From the NCBI GenBank assembly GCA_012727685.1, contig JAAYGO010000143.1:1-62777 (forward strand): a DNA stretch of 62,777 nucleotides, read 5' to 3'. Positions 1 through 9,181 of the stretch are shown here, piece by piece. Position 1 is the first letter of the stretch, and each line of letters starts with the position of its first letter. The notes under the pieces were generated by a model. It saw only the letters and a program-made list of their open reading frames with translations. It ran no database searches and was not told the DNA's origin. Position numbers and translations under genes: made by a program. Source of the stretch: Bacillota bacterium. Lineage in GTDB: Bacteria > Bacillota > Dethiobacteria > DTU022.

Positions 1-2
1 AT

Positions 3-224
3 ACTCCCCCGCGCGATTTTATCGTCCCGCAGGGGATCAGCAAGGTTTCCCTCTGCCCGGAATGCGGCTTGCGGCGCTCGTCCTGGAGCGATGAGCCGGA
101 AGAGTGGATCGAATATTTCATCGAAGGTACTGAGCCCGAAGATATGTGCACGCCGGACAGCTGTGACCACTGCCGGCCGGATCCATGGTGGCCCTGGCTG
201 CCGCGCAGGGCTGCTGCGCCTTAA
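3..224 (+). CDS. 3' end of a CDS entering from outside the window (hypothetical Cys-rich protein, last 73 aa)
   Basis: Frame 3 is open from the window edge to TAA at 222-224. Translation ...SLCPECGLRRSSWSDEPEEWIEYFIEGTEPEDMCTPDSCDHCRPDPWW... has paired Cys motifs and looks protein-like. It is absent from the ORF track because it has no start codon in the window. No family recognised. Confidence 0.3.
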   Translation, partial: TPPRDFIVPQGISKVSLCPECGLRRSSWSDEPEEWIEYFIEGTEPEDMCTPDSCDHCRPDPWWPWLPRRAAAP

Positions 225-259
225 AGGGGGAAGCGACTATGGCATCGGCGAATCCCCTG

Positions 260-1219
260 TTACAGTGTCCCCAAAGAACGCTCCGCCGAGTCCCCCTCGG
301 AATCGTTCCCCTGCAGGGTTTCCAAGATCGCTGGCAAAATATCGGTTAGATCATGCAGCCGCGGCATGAGCCGATCTCGCCAGGCGGCAGAGCCGATCAG
401 CAAGGCAGGCACCGGGTTCGTGGTATGCTCCCGGTGCGCAAGATCCTCGAGGTTCCCATGATCGCTGGTAACGATCAGCAGCGTTTCAGCGGGATCCAGA
501 CTGCTGGTGAGGGCGCCAATGAAACGATCCAGTGTCTGCACCACCCGGGCTGCTTCCTCTATATCTCCCCGGTGGCCCGCCAGATCGCTCAAAAAATATT
601 CGAAAAGAGTAAAATCGTATTCCTTGCTGAGAGCGGCCAGGCGGCTCCCCGCTGTTTCCGGAGTAATTTGCGGCAACCCATATTCCATTTGGCTTAAAAG
701 CGTATGGTCTATATCCATGAAAAGGGCCTGCTTTTCCCTCAGGTCATCGAGGCTGCGAAAAGTCAAGCCGCCATAATAGGTGATCAGGGTTGAGCAAGAA
801 TAATTGTTCCCGGGAAGGCCTTGACGCAACAGGTCGAAAAAGTCAGGCCGGTAGGCATTGGCAAAAGCACAGCGATACCCCCTCCGCCTTAACCGGAGGA
901 AAATGCCGCTTTCGGCCAGGAGAGAGCGCAGCTCCTGATTCGGAAAGCCATTCAAATGGGTCCCAAGGAGCCGCGGCGCGTTTTGCCCGGTGAAGATTGA
1001 AGCCTGGCCGGTAGCGCTCTGGGGCAACCCCGCCACGCCGAGAACGGCATCGAGGGCAACCAGGGAAGCGCGGTCACCTCTATAACCAGCACTGGCCAGC
1101 ACCAGGGGACGGCCCTGGAGTAATTTTCGCAAGCACGGCGTCGGCTCGCTAAAAAAAGGGTTTTCCGCCTTTCTCTGCCCCAGGGCCACGCCGTCGATGA
1201 AAAACATCAACACACGCAA
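260..1219 (-). CDS. alkaline-phosphatase/metalloenzyme superfamily protein (cofactor-independent mutase-like)
   Basis: 319 aa. The C-terminal TSDHGNLED...HT motif and N-terminal FIDG are typical of metalloenzyme (phosphopentomutase/iPGM/ApgM-like) core domains. TTG start is preceded by AAGGAG with a 9 nt spacer. Confidence 0.6.
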   Translation of the reverse strand: MRVLMFFIDGVALGQRKAENPFFSEPTPCLRKLLQGRPLVLASAGYRGDRASLVALDAVLGVAGLPQSATGQASIFTGQNAPRLLGTHLNGFPNQELRSLLAESGIFLRLRRRGYRCAFANAYRPDFFDLLRQGLPGNNYSCSTLITYYGGLTFRSLDDLREKQALFMDIDHTLLSQMEYGLPQITPETAGSRLAALSKEYDFTLFEYFLSDLAGHRGDIEEAARVVQTLDRFIGALTSSLDPAETLLIVTSDHGNLEDLAHREHTTNPVPALLIGSAAWRDRLMPRLHDLTDILPAILETLQGNDSEGDSAERSLGTL

Positions 1220-1259
1220 AATGACCGGCTCCTTTCTTTAATTAACCGGTGACAGCTGG

Positions 1260-2405
1260 CTACTGCTCCTGCATTTGACTCAGGCGCACTTTAAAAATAT
1301 GTTCCTTCCCATCCCGTAGAACCGATACTGAGATTTCATCTCCCGGATAATAACCCAGCAAAACGTCAAATAGCTGTGCCAGGTAGTGGATCTCCTTATC
1401 GTCAATGGCGATAATGACGTCCTCAGGCTTCAAGCCGGCCTGCTCGGCGGGGCTCCCGGAGAAAACTTCGCTAATATAAACACCCCGATCGGTCGGCTCA
1501 GCGGTAAAGTACCTCAGGTCCCCCACCCTTACTCCCATCTGCGGCCGCAAAACCCGACCGTAATTTTTTAGGTCTCCGGCAACCCGCTGCACGGTGTTGC
1601 TCGGTATGGAAAGGCCGATCCCTTCGATGCCTAATTGGGAAACCTTGGCGGAGTTGATCCCGATGACCTCGCCGCGCATGTTGACCAGCGGCCCTCCGCT
1701 ATTGCCGGGATTAATCACGGCATCCGTCTGGATAAAGGTGTAGGAATACTCGCTGTTCGGTATTTTTACCTGCCGCCCCACGGCACTGATAATCCCGGCG
1801 GTGACGGTCTGCTGGAAAAAACCGAGCGGATTGCCGAAAGCCAAAACCGATTCGCCCACATTGATGGCGGCCGAATTGCCCAGGGGAACTGTAGGGAGTC
1901 CCTTCTCTTCTATTTTCAACAAAGCCAGATCCGTGAGCACATCTTCGCCGACCAGCTTCGCATCGTAGTAGCGAGAACCGGGAAATATGACCCGGATCTG
2001 ATCGGCTCCGGCGATCACATGCTGATTGGTAATAATGTAACCATCCTCTGAGAGCACCACTCCAGACCCCGAACCTTGTTCTACCAAAGTGCGCTGCGCG
2101 AATCCACTCGCGTAAACATAGCGGCTTACACCTACAACAGCCGGCATCACCCGTTTAACCACCTCGATGGTGGCCAAATCCTGCTGGTGCGGCTGTGTTT
2201 TCCCAGGGGCGGGCTGATCAGCACCGGGCCTAAAGGGATCGGACGACTGTTCTTTGGGGAGAAGATCATCGGGGAGAACTTCATAATAAAGCAAGGCATA
2301 CATTAAAACCAGGCCGATCACTACGCCCAGAATAACGGCCAAGAGGAGCCCCGGGAAAAGCCGGCTGCGCCGCGGACTCCTGTAATAATCATTGTCCAGA
2401 TTCAT
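1260..2405 (-). CDS. HtrA/DegP-like trypsin-family serine protease with C-terminal PDZ domain, membrane anchored
   Basis: Has GNSGGPLVN catalytic Ser motif, TNQHV His motif, an N-terminal TM helix and a PDZ-like tail. Position is equivalent to B. subtilis yycK downstream of the wal operon. I moved the start to ATG 2405, 22 nt after the upstream stop, instead of the overlapping track start 2462. Confidence 0.85.
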   Translation of the reverse strand: MNLDNDYYRSPRRSRLFPGLLLAVILGVVIGLVLMYALLYYEVLPDDLLPKEQSSDPFRPGADQPAPGKTQPHQQDLATIEVVKRVMPAVVGVSRYVYASGFAQRTLVEQGSGSGVVLSEDGYIITNQHVIAGADQIRVIFPGSRYYDAKLVGEDVLTDLALLKIEEKGLPTVPLGNSAAINVGESVLAFGNPLGFFQQTVTAGIISAVGRQVKIPNSEYSYTFIQTDAVINPGNSGGPLVNMRGEVIGINSAKVSQLGIEGIGLSIPSNTVQRVAGDLKNYGRVLRPQMGVRVGDLRYFTAEPTDRGVYISEVFSGSPAEQAGLKPEDVIIAIDDKEIHYLAQLFDVLLGYYPGDEISVSVLRDGKEHIFKVRLSQMQEQ

Positions 2406-2427
2406 GCAGACGACACCATCCTTCCCA

Positions 2428-3048
2428 CTATTTTTCACCAGACCGAAGATGACAGCGGTCATTAAAGAGTTCCAACCTGTATTCCCGGCGTTCCTCCTCG
2501 CAACTGATCATGGAAAGGGAAGCGGGAGCCGGTGCAAAAGGCCAAAACTGATCGGCTGAAAGCCCCAGGCTGCAAGCTAGTAGTGCGTTTATAAAGCGCC
2601 CGTGGCTAACCAGCACAACCCGCCGCCTGTGAGCAAAACGGCGTGAGAGCAAGCGCAGTACCAATCCAGCCCGGGCGAGCAGCCTTTTTTTGCTCTCCCC
2701 GCCAAAGAACTCGGCGCTGATCTGCGCAGCTTCTGCTGCCCGGAGGCTGGGATAAATGGTATAAATCTCTTCGAGGGTCTTTCCCTCCGCGACTCCCCAG
2801 GAACATTCTCGCAATAACGGCAGCGGCCGCACAACCAGTCCTGTGGCCCGGGCTATGATCTGGGCAGTCTCCCAGGCGCGCTGCAAATCGCTGCTTAAAA
2901 GGAGATCCGGCGCCAAGCTTTTCACCCGCTCGGCTAAAAGCCTCGCTTCGCGGCGCCCCTGGGGGGAAAGGGGGTAGTCGAGACGCCCCTGGAAACGGCG
3001 CTCCCGATTGGCGGCAGTGGTTCCGTGGCGGATCAGCCAGATCTGCAT
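2428..3048 (-). CDS. histidine phosphatase (phosphoglycerate-mutase-like) family protein
   Basis: Has the N-terminal RHG motif (IRHGTTAAN) and a downstream SHG motif. 206 aa. Confidence 0.8.
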   Translation of the reverse strand: MQIWLIRHGTTAANRERRFQGRLDYPLSPQGRREARLLAERVKSLAPDLLLSSDLQRAWETAQIIARATGLVVRPLPLLRECSWGVAEGKTLEEIYTIYPSLRAAEAAQISAEFFGGESKKRLLARAGLVLRLLSRRFAHRRRVVLVSHGRFINALLACSLGLSADQFWPFAPAPASLSMISCEEERREYRLELFNDRCHLRSGEK

Positions 3049-3049
3049 T

Positions 3050-4339
3050 CTAGACCGGTTTGCGGGAACGGGCCCTGTAGTGATCGCGGCGCTCCCGTCT
3101 AATTAATCCGCCCAGGCCGGCCAGTTTCTCTTCCAGGTGATCATAGCCGCGGTAAATGTGCTCCACGTCGCTTAAAACGGTTTCGCCTTGGGCCGCCAAT
3201 CCGGCTAACATCAAGGCGGCACCCGCCCGCAGATCGGTGGCTGTCACAGGAGCGCCTGACAGCGGTTCCCCACCCTCAATGATGGCGGTCCGTCCTTCCA
3301 CCTTGATCCTGGCACCCATCCGCTTTAATTCATCAACATGGCGGAAACGGCCGTCAAAAACATTTTCCGTGATCACGCTGGTCCCCCGGGCTGCGGTAAG
3401 CAAAACCATCATCAAGGGCTGCAGATCGGTCGGAAAACCCGGATAGGGGAAGGTTTTTAAATCTACAGGTTCAAGCTCGCCCATCCCCCTGACCCTGATC
3501 CGCTCCGGCTCCACTTCCACATCAACGCCGACCTCTCTCAACTTGGCGAGTACCGCTTCAAGATGCTTGGGAATCACTTCGTCGATCACAACGTCCCCAC
3601 CAGTAATCGCTGCAGCCAGCATGAAGGTCCCCGCCTCGATCCGGTCCGGAATCACCACATGTTCGGCTCCCCCCAGTTCGCTTACTCCTGTGATGCGGAT
3701 TACATCGGTTCCGGCACCTTTGATCGAAGCGCCCATGGCGTTTAAAAAATTGGCCAAATCTACAATTTCAGGCTCTTTGGCTACGTTCTCCAGCACCGTT
3801 TTGCCTTCCGCCATTACCGCAGCCAGCATTAAATTCACGGTGGCGCCAACGCTGACTACATCAAGGTAGATATGGGCGCCCCGCAGCCTGTTGGCTGACA
3901 GACTAATCAAGCCGCGCTCGATTTCAATGTTTGCACCCATGGCGGCAAAGCCCTTCAGATGTTGATCTATCGGCCGGGGCCCCAGATCGCAACCGCCGGG
4001 AATCGGCACCTCTGCCCGGCCGTAGCGGGCCAGGAGGCTGCCCATGAGATAATAAGACGCCCGCATCTTTTTGACCAGGTCGTAAGGAGGGGTATAACCT
4101 CTTAACATGGAGGGGCGAAATTCAATACTATTGGCACCGCGCCGCCGGATCGGCACCCCAAGGTCTTCAAGAATGCTGACCATGGTATGCACATCGGTTA
4201 TGTCGGGAAGATTGTGCAGAGTAAGCTTGTCTTGCGACAACACCACTGCTGGCAAAACAGCAACCGCCGCATTCTTTGAACCGCTCACTTTGACTTTCCC
4301 TGATAACCTTTGGCCGCCTCTGATAATCAGTTTATCCAT
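3050..4339 (-). CDS. murA: UDP-N-acetylglucosamine 1-carboxyvinyltransferase
   Basis: 429 aa. N-terminus MDKLIIRGGQRLSGKVKVSGSKNAAV and a full-length EPSP-synthase-fold pattern are typical of MurA. Confidence 0.95.
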   Translation of the reverse strand: MDKLIIRGGQRLSGKVKVSGSKNAAVAVLPAVVLSQDKLTLHNLPDITDVHTMVSILEDLGVPIRRRGANSIEFRPSMLRGYTPPYDLVKKMRASYYLMGSLLARYGRAEVPIPGGCDLGPRPIDQHLKGFAAMGANIEIERGLISLSANRLRGAHIYLDVVSVGATVNLMLAAVMAEGKTVLENVAKEPEIVDLANFLNAMGASIKGAGTDVIRITGVSELGGAEHVVIPDRIEAGTFMLAAAITGGDVVIDEVIPKHLEAVLAKLREVGVDVEVEPERIRVRGMGELEPVDLKTFPYPGFPTDLQPLMMVLLTAARGTSVITENVFDGRFRHVDELKRMGARIKVEGRTAIIEGGEPLSGAPVTATDLRAGAALMLAGLAAQGETVLSDVEHIYRGYDHLEEKLAGLGGLIRRERRDHYRARSRKPV

Positions 4340-4363
4340 TTCTCAAGCCGCCTTACTTTAAAA

Positions 4364-5242
4364 TTAATCCTTTTTTTGATCCATTTCCAAAATACCGGTA
4401 AAGGCGTTAACATAGAAGGCGGTGTTGTCGTCTGTCAGAAAACGCCATACCGGTGGAACTTCCCACTTTTCAGCATCGTATTCCAGACTAAAATAACCGA
4501 GCTCGGCCTTAATAATTCGGCGCCGGCGCGGGCTCTTTTCCAGGCCTTCGGCAAGGGCGTGCAAAGCCTCGGTAACGGGGATCACCACCATTTCTTGATC
4601 CTGGTCTTCCGCTTGCACCGACGGATCCAGCAGATATAGTTCTACCGCTTCGATCCGGTTGGCGGAGACAAACACGGTTAAATAGCCGGAAAACAGAGGT
4701 TTGTTATCATAGACTTGATAATAATGGATGATCAGGCTGCGGTCAAGCACTTCCATATAGTCAAAACGCACTGCTTCCAGGTTGAAACCGTTTTGACGCA
4801 GCGCCGCTTCGACCCGGCGTAAAAGGTCTTCTTCGGCCGGCCTGGCGGCCTTGTTCGGTATCGCCAGGCCGTTTTTATATACCAACTCCACCAGGCCGGT
4901 GGGGTAAATGCTCAACTCCGCTTCCTTCCCCAGGTAAACCGTGACTCCACCGTGATAAGCGGTACGGGTCCACTCCTTCTCCCATCTGTTAACAAGGTCC
5001 TTCTGCATAGCCCGGTGCGGTGACACGGTAATAAAGGCACTTTTTTGCGCCCAGAGCGGGAGAGAGGTGTGCAAATAATAGTTTTTCTCGGCAAGGTGCT
5101 CTTCTGCCTCTTGTAAATCGGTTGCTGAGACCACTTTCAAGGGCAGTCGATCCGCTTCTTGTGCGAGCAGGTGGTATCCCAGGAAGATGTTCAACCCTAA
5201 AAAGGCAATAATCAGGATTGTTTTCGCTCGATCAAGGTTCAC
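4364..5242 (-). CDS. yycI: YycI-like WalK regulatory protein
   Basis: Single N-terminal TM helix (TILIIAFLGLNIFLGYHLL), similar to the YycI N-terminus. Sits immediately after the yycH-like gene and walK with a 4 nt overlap. Confidence 0.7.
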   Translation of the reverse strand: MNLDRAKTILIIAFLGLNIFLGYHLLAQEADRLPLKVVSATDLQEAEEHLAEKNYYLHTSLPLWAQKSAFITVSPHRAMQKDLVNRWEKEWTRTAYHGGVTVYLGKEAELSIYPTGLVELVYKNGLAIPNKAARPAEEDLLRRVEAALRQNGFNLEAVRFDYMEVLDRSLIIHYYQVYDNKPLFSGYLTVFVSANRIEAVELYLLDPSVQAEDQDQEMVVIPVTEALHALAEGLEKSPRRRRIIKAELGYFSLEYDAEKWEVPPVWRFLTDDNTAFYVNAFTGILEMDQKKD

Positions 5243-6576
5243 GAATGCACCTCTTCCAGTAAAGTTAACCCTGCAGCTTTAAAAACGTATTCGTTGCCGT
5301 CCAGCCGGATAACCCAAACCGGGAAAGCATACAGCTGGTCCGCTTCTCCGGTGACAACGGCATAAGCCAATGCAAATTCTTCTAAAGCAAGGGGCTCTTT
5401 AATCCCGGCTTCCTGCTCCTGGTAGAGATTGAGGGCAGCCAAAAGGGCTTCCTGGTAACTATTCACCGGAGCGGGGGGGCTCGCTTCGCCCAGCGTTTTA
5501 TAATACTCCCGTCTATACTTAACCAGACCGCCGTCGTTAAAATAAAGGGTAGCGGCATGGTCCGTAAACGGGAAGCCGTCATAATAAGAGTCCCAGCAAG
5601 CATAGTAAACCATGTGTTGGCGGTTTGCCTCCCGGATCAGGGAGAGGTTCTCCAGCCTGAGCGCTTCCGGCCAGCCCCCGTGCCAACTGAGCAATCTGCC
5701 GGCGGTATTTAAAGCTGTCGCATAGTCGGCCGTAGCCCGTTCCTGCTCTCTCAAGGGGAATGAAAAGTCTAATCCCTCCCTAATCCGCAGCCCTTTTTCG
5801 CCGTCGGTATAAATCAACGCGCCGTCCCTTTCTCTGATCTCCCGGACCAGACGGCGATCAAAGAAAAAGGTGTCCAAAAGCGTTTCCATGTCCAGCTCCT
5901 CGGGACGGACAGTGAGAACGCTTAATGAAAGCCCCGGCTCAGGCACGATGAATTCATCGGCCAGGGAGAACTGCAATCCGGTCAACTCGCGCAGCTCCTC
6001 CTGGTCCAGGCGATGGCAAGGCGTCACATCATCCAGAGGAAGCTCAGCCGCCAGCCGTGCAAGCTCCTGGCCTTGCCACTGGTCGAGGGATAAAGCGGCC
6101 TCTAGGGCGCCGGCAGCCTCTTTCAGGATCGCCGCCGCTTCTGTTTCACCCGCTCGAAATTCTATCTCAGACAACTGAGCAGGAGGGGCTCCCGGCAGCC
6201 AGGGCATTCCTTCCCCAATCGGAAGCAGCGGGCGAAAAGACAGCGTCATCCGGAAATGGCTCTCTTCAAGCGGCAGGAATTCATCCTGCGAATTGGGATA
6301 AGTAAGTTCGCTTAAAAGGGCGGCAACCCCGTTCCAGAGCTGCTCATAAGGGGCGCTGCCCGGCCCAAAATGGTATAAAGTGTCACCCTGCTGAAAGCAG
6401 ATCCACCGCGGAGCGACAATTTCAGAGAGGGGGCGGGGTTCTTCAAGCTGCACCGGCTCCAACCGATACTCGGCCACCTCTTCCAAATGCCGCGGCCCAA
6501 ACCAGAGCCGGTAAGTCATATAGAGGCTTGACAGGACAAGAAGGAAGAGAAAGACGCTTTTCAGACGTTCCCTCAA
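5239..6576 (-). CDS. yycH: YycH-like WalK regulatory protein
   Basis: 445 aa with an N-terminal TM helix followed by the ..YRLWFGP.. motif seen in YycH. Position is directly downstream of walK. Confidence 0.7.
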   Translation of the reverse strand: MRERLKSVFLFLLVLSSLYMTYRLWFGPRHLEEVAEYRLEPVQLEEPRPLSEIVAPRWICFQQGDTLYHFGPGSAPYEQLWNGVAALLSELTYPNSQDEFLPLEESHFRMTLSFRPLLPIGEGMPWLPGAPPAQLSEIEFRAGETEAAAILKEAAGALEAALSLDQWQGQELARLAAELPLDDVTPCHRLDQEELRELTGLQFSLADEFIVPEPGLSLSVLTVRPEELDMETLLDTFFFDRRLVREIRERDGALIYTDGEKGLRIREGLDFSFPLREQERATADYATALNTAGRLLSWHGGWPEALRLENLSLIREANRQHMVYYACWDSYYDGFPFTDHAATLYFNDGGLVKYRREYYKTLGEASPPAPVNSYQEALLAALNLYQEQEAGIKEPLALEEFALAYAVVTGEADQLYAFPVWVIRLDGNEYVFKAAGLTLLEEVHS

Positions 6577-6579
6577 TCT

Positions 6580-8382
6580 TTACAAGTCCTCCTTCACCGG
6601 GAACCGGGGCAAGGTAAAAAAGACCTTCGTCCCTTCCCCCGGTTTGCTTTCGATCCAGATGCTTCCGCCGTGGGCCTCTACTACCTTGCGGGCGATGGGT
6701 AAGCCCAGGCCGGTGCCTCCATAATCCCGGCTGCGCATCTTTTCCACCCGGTAAAAACGTTCGAAGATCCTTGGCAGATCTTCCGGGGGAATGCCGACCC
6801 CGCTGTCGGCGATGACCACTTTTACCATATCTGGGCCGGGAGTGGCGCTGATTTCAATTTTTCCCTCCGGCGGCGTATATTTAACCGCATTGTTAATGAT
6901 ATTCCAAAAGACCTGCATGATTTTATCGCGATCCACATAAGCTGAAAACCCCGGTGGAATGGAGACGCTGATCGCCGGCAAGCTGTTGAGCGCCTTTTGC
7001 CGGGAGCGCTCCACCACCTCTTCCGCAAGGGACTTCAACTCTACCTCTGTCTTGTGCCATTCCACCTGGCTGTAGTCCAGTTGGGACAAAGCAAGCAGGT
7101 CTTTAACCAGGCTAACCATGCGATCCGTTTCCTGCTCCACTACTTTTAAAAAACGATCCCGCACTGCAGCATCTTCGCTCGCCCCGTCCAAAAGAGTATC
7201 CACGTAACTTTTAATCGTTGCCAGGGGGGTGCGCAGCTCATGGGAGACATCGGCCACAAACTCCTGCTGGCGCCGGGCCAGTTCCCTTTCCCCGGTCACG
7301 TCGTGGAGCACCATTAACGTTCCATCCAACCTTCCGTGTTCAACCTTGAAAAAGGCAAGTTTCACCTGCAGGGTGCAGGCGGGGTCTTCACGGGAGAGCT
7401 CCATAGTGAGCGGCTTTTTATGGCGAATGAAATCGCGCAGCGCCTCTGCGCCAACCAGCTCTCTGAGCAGGTGAAAACCGGATTCTCCCCGCGCGGGGCC
7501 TTGCATCTGCAAAGTATTTAACAGCTCCACTGCCGCCGGGTTAATATGAATCAAGTGCCCTCTGCCGTCGAGGGCAATCACCCCATCGCTCATATTGTTA
7601 ATGATCGCTTCCACTTTGCTCTTTTCAGAGGAGATCTCGTTTATGTTTTGGCTGAGCCGGTCCGCCAGGTAGTTGAAGGTATGGCCCAGTTGGCCGATTT
7701 CATCGGAAGCCCGGACTTTAATCTTTTGGGAAAAATCTCCTTTGGCCATCAGCGCTGCCTGCGTGGTTACCTCCCGAATCGGCGCGGTGATCGTCCCGGT
7801 CAAAATAATCCCCAGCAGAATACTAATCGCCAGGGCTACGGCAGCGCCGGTGAGCAGGATCACCTTGATTTCGTGCAAAGTGGCGTCAACCTGGCGCAGC
7901 GATCCGCTTAAGTAAATAACCCCCAGGGTTGTTCTTTCGTCCTTCACTGGAAATGCATAATAATAGCGCCTTTCCCGGTGCACAGGGTCATAGCGGATGG
8001 TATTGTCAATTTGGCCGGTCAGCGCTTTCGTAATTTCATCCTGAATCAGGCGCTGGCCGACCAGCGATTGATCAACCGATGAGGCAATAACATGGGCCTG
8101 GCGGTTCAGAACAACGATTTCCAATTCGTGTAAGCCGCTGAATTCCTTCACCAGATGGGCAATATCGTCGGAATCTTCCAGAGGGGGCGCCAGGGCGGCG
8201 AGCAGGCGCGCCTGTGTATCGAGGCCGTTTTTATAGTTGATCAAGTAATAGCGCTCCAGGGATTGGACCAGGTAAACGCTGACCAACTGCAGCGAGAATA
8301 GAATAAGAAGGGAATAAATCAGGATGATCTTCCACTGCAGGCTTTTAAAGGGATTCCCTTCGCTTGAAATAATAGCCGACAC
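6580..8382 (-). CDS. walK: cell-wall homeostasis sensor histidine kinase WalK (two TM helices, extracytoplasmic domain, HAMP, PAS, HisKA, HATPase)
   Basis: Has H-box VSHELRTPL, N/G boxes (NNAVKYTP, DSGVGIP, GGTGLGL), a HAMP segment and a PAS segment. Lies in operon with walR, yycH and yycI. The GTG start at 8382 overlaps walR by 38 nt, so the exact start is uncertain. Confidence 0.85.
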   Translation of the reverse strand: MSAIISSEGNPFKSLQWKIILIYSLLILFSLQLVSVYLVQSLERYYLINYKNGLDTQARLLAALAPPLEDSDDIAHLVKEFSGLHELEIVVLNRQAHVIASSVDQSLVGQRLIQDEITKALTGQIDNTIRYDPVHRERRYYYAFPVKDERTTLGVIYLSGSLRQVDATLHEIKVILLTGAAVALAISILLGIILTGTITAPIREVTTQAALMAKGDFSQKIKVRASDEIGQLGHTFNYLADRLSQNINEISSEKSKVEAIINNMSDGVIALDGRGHLIHINPAAVELLNTLQMQGPARGESGFHLLRELVGAEALRDFIRHKKPLTMELSREDPACTLQVKLAFFKVEHGRLDGTLMVLHDVTGERELARRQQEFVADVSHELRTPLATIKSYVDTLLDGASEDAAVRDRFLKVVEQETDRMVSLVKDLLALSQLDYSQVEWHKTEVELKSLAEEVVERSRQKALNSLPAISVSIPPGFSAYVDRDKIMQVFWNIINNAVKYTPPEGKIEISATPGPDMVKVVIADSGVGIPPEDLPRIFERFYRVEKMRSRDYGGTGLGLPIARKVVEAHGGSIWIESKPGEGTKVFFTLPRFPVKEDL

Positions 8383-9049
8383 CCCTTTTGGTGTGGAGAT
8401 ACTCCGGCTGAGCCGGATTGGGCTCCAACTTTTCTCTCAAACGGCGCACGGTAACATCAACGGTTCGTTCATCACCGATATAATCATAGCCCCAAACCCG
8501 GTTAAGAAGCTGCTGCCTGGTAAAAACATGGCCGGGACGCTGCATCATCTCCGCCAGCAGCATAAACTCACGGTGTGTCAGCTCCACCGGATTGCCGCGC
8601 CGAAAAACTGCAACCTGGTCAAGGTCCAATACCAGATCGCCGTGCACGATCCGCCTGGGGGCACTTTCCTCCCCTCCCGGCTTTCTCCCGGCTCTTCTCA
8701 AGATGGCCTTAACCCTGGCCGTTACCTCCCTGGCACTAAAAGGTTTGGTGACATAGTCATCGGCCCCCAGCTCCAATCCTAAAACTTTATCCAGCTCGGT
8801 CTCCCTGGCTGTAAGCATGATAATAGGTATATCTTTATGGGCCCTGATTTCTCTGCAAACCGTAAAACCATCTTTCTTCGGCATCATGATATCGAGTATA
8901 ATTAGAGCAGGCTCCTCTTGTTCGACCAGGCGCAACGCCTCTTCCCCGTCATAGGCGAGGATGACAGAGTATCCTTCCTTCTCCAAATTGTATTTTAAGA
9001 TTTCCGCGATCGGCCGTTCATCGTCAACCACCAGAATTTTTTGTTTCAA
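8345..9049 (-). CDS. walR: OmpR-family response regulator WalR
   Basis: Has the receiver domain (VVDDERPIAEIL...LDIMMP...) and a winged-helix tail RTVDVTVRRLREK...RGVGYY closely resembling B. subtilis WalR. TTG start with a GGGAGGGGG RBS. Confidence 0.85.
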   Translation of the reverse strand: MKQKILVVDDERPIAEILKYNLEKEGYSVILAYDGEEALRLVEQEEPALIILDIMMPKKDGFTVCREIRAHKDIPIIMLTARETELDKVLGLELGADDYVTKPFSAREVTARVKAILRRAGRKPGGEESAPRRIVHGDLVLDLDQVAVFRRGNPVELTHREFMLLAEMMQRPGHVFTRQQLLNRVWGYDYIGDERTVDVTVRRLREKLEPNPAQPEYLHTKRGVGYYFKRRESL

Positions 9050-9130
9050 TTATGGCATGCCCCCTCCCGCCCGTGTTCAGATCCTTATTTCGCTGTTTCG
9101 ATCTTTATCCCCTGCCTGAAAATAAACATG

Positions 9131-9157
9131 AAAAAGCCCTCCCCCGCCAGGGAGGGC
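9131..9157 (-). terminator. Rho-independent terminator downstream of the G5/M23 peptidase gene
   Basis: GC-rich hairpin GCCCTCCC-TGGC-GGGGGAGGGC at 9136-9157, followed on the minus strand by a T run at 9131-9135. Confidence 0.6.
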
Positions 9158-9181
9158 AAAAAAATAAAATTAATTAATTAA

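Noticed and set aside
91-369. 92-aa plus-strand ORF at the window start
   Set aside because: Its composition is shadow-like (Arg/Gly/Ala/Pro/Ser-rich) and it overlaps the 3' end of the minus-strand metalloenzyme gene. Frame 3 (3-224) is the more protein-like reading of this region.
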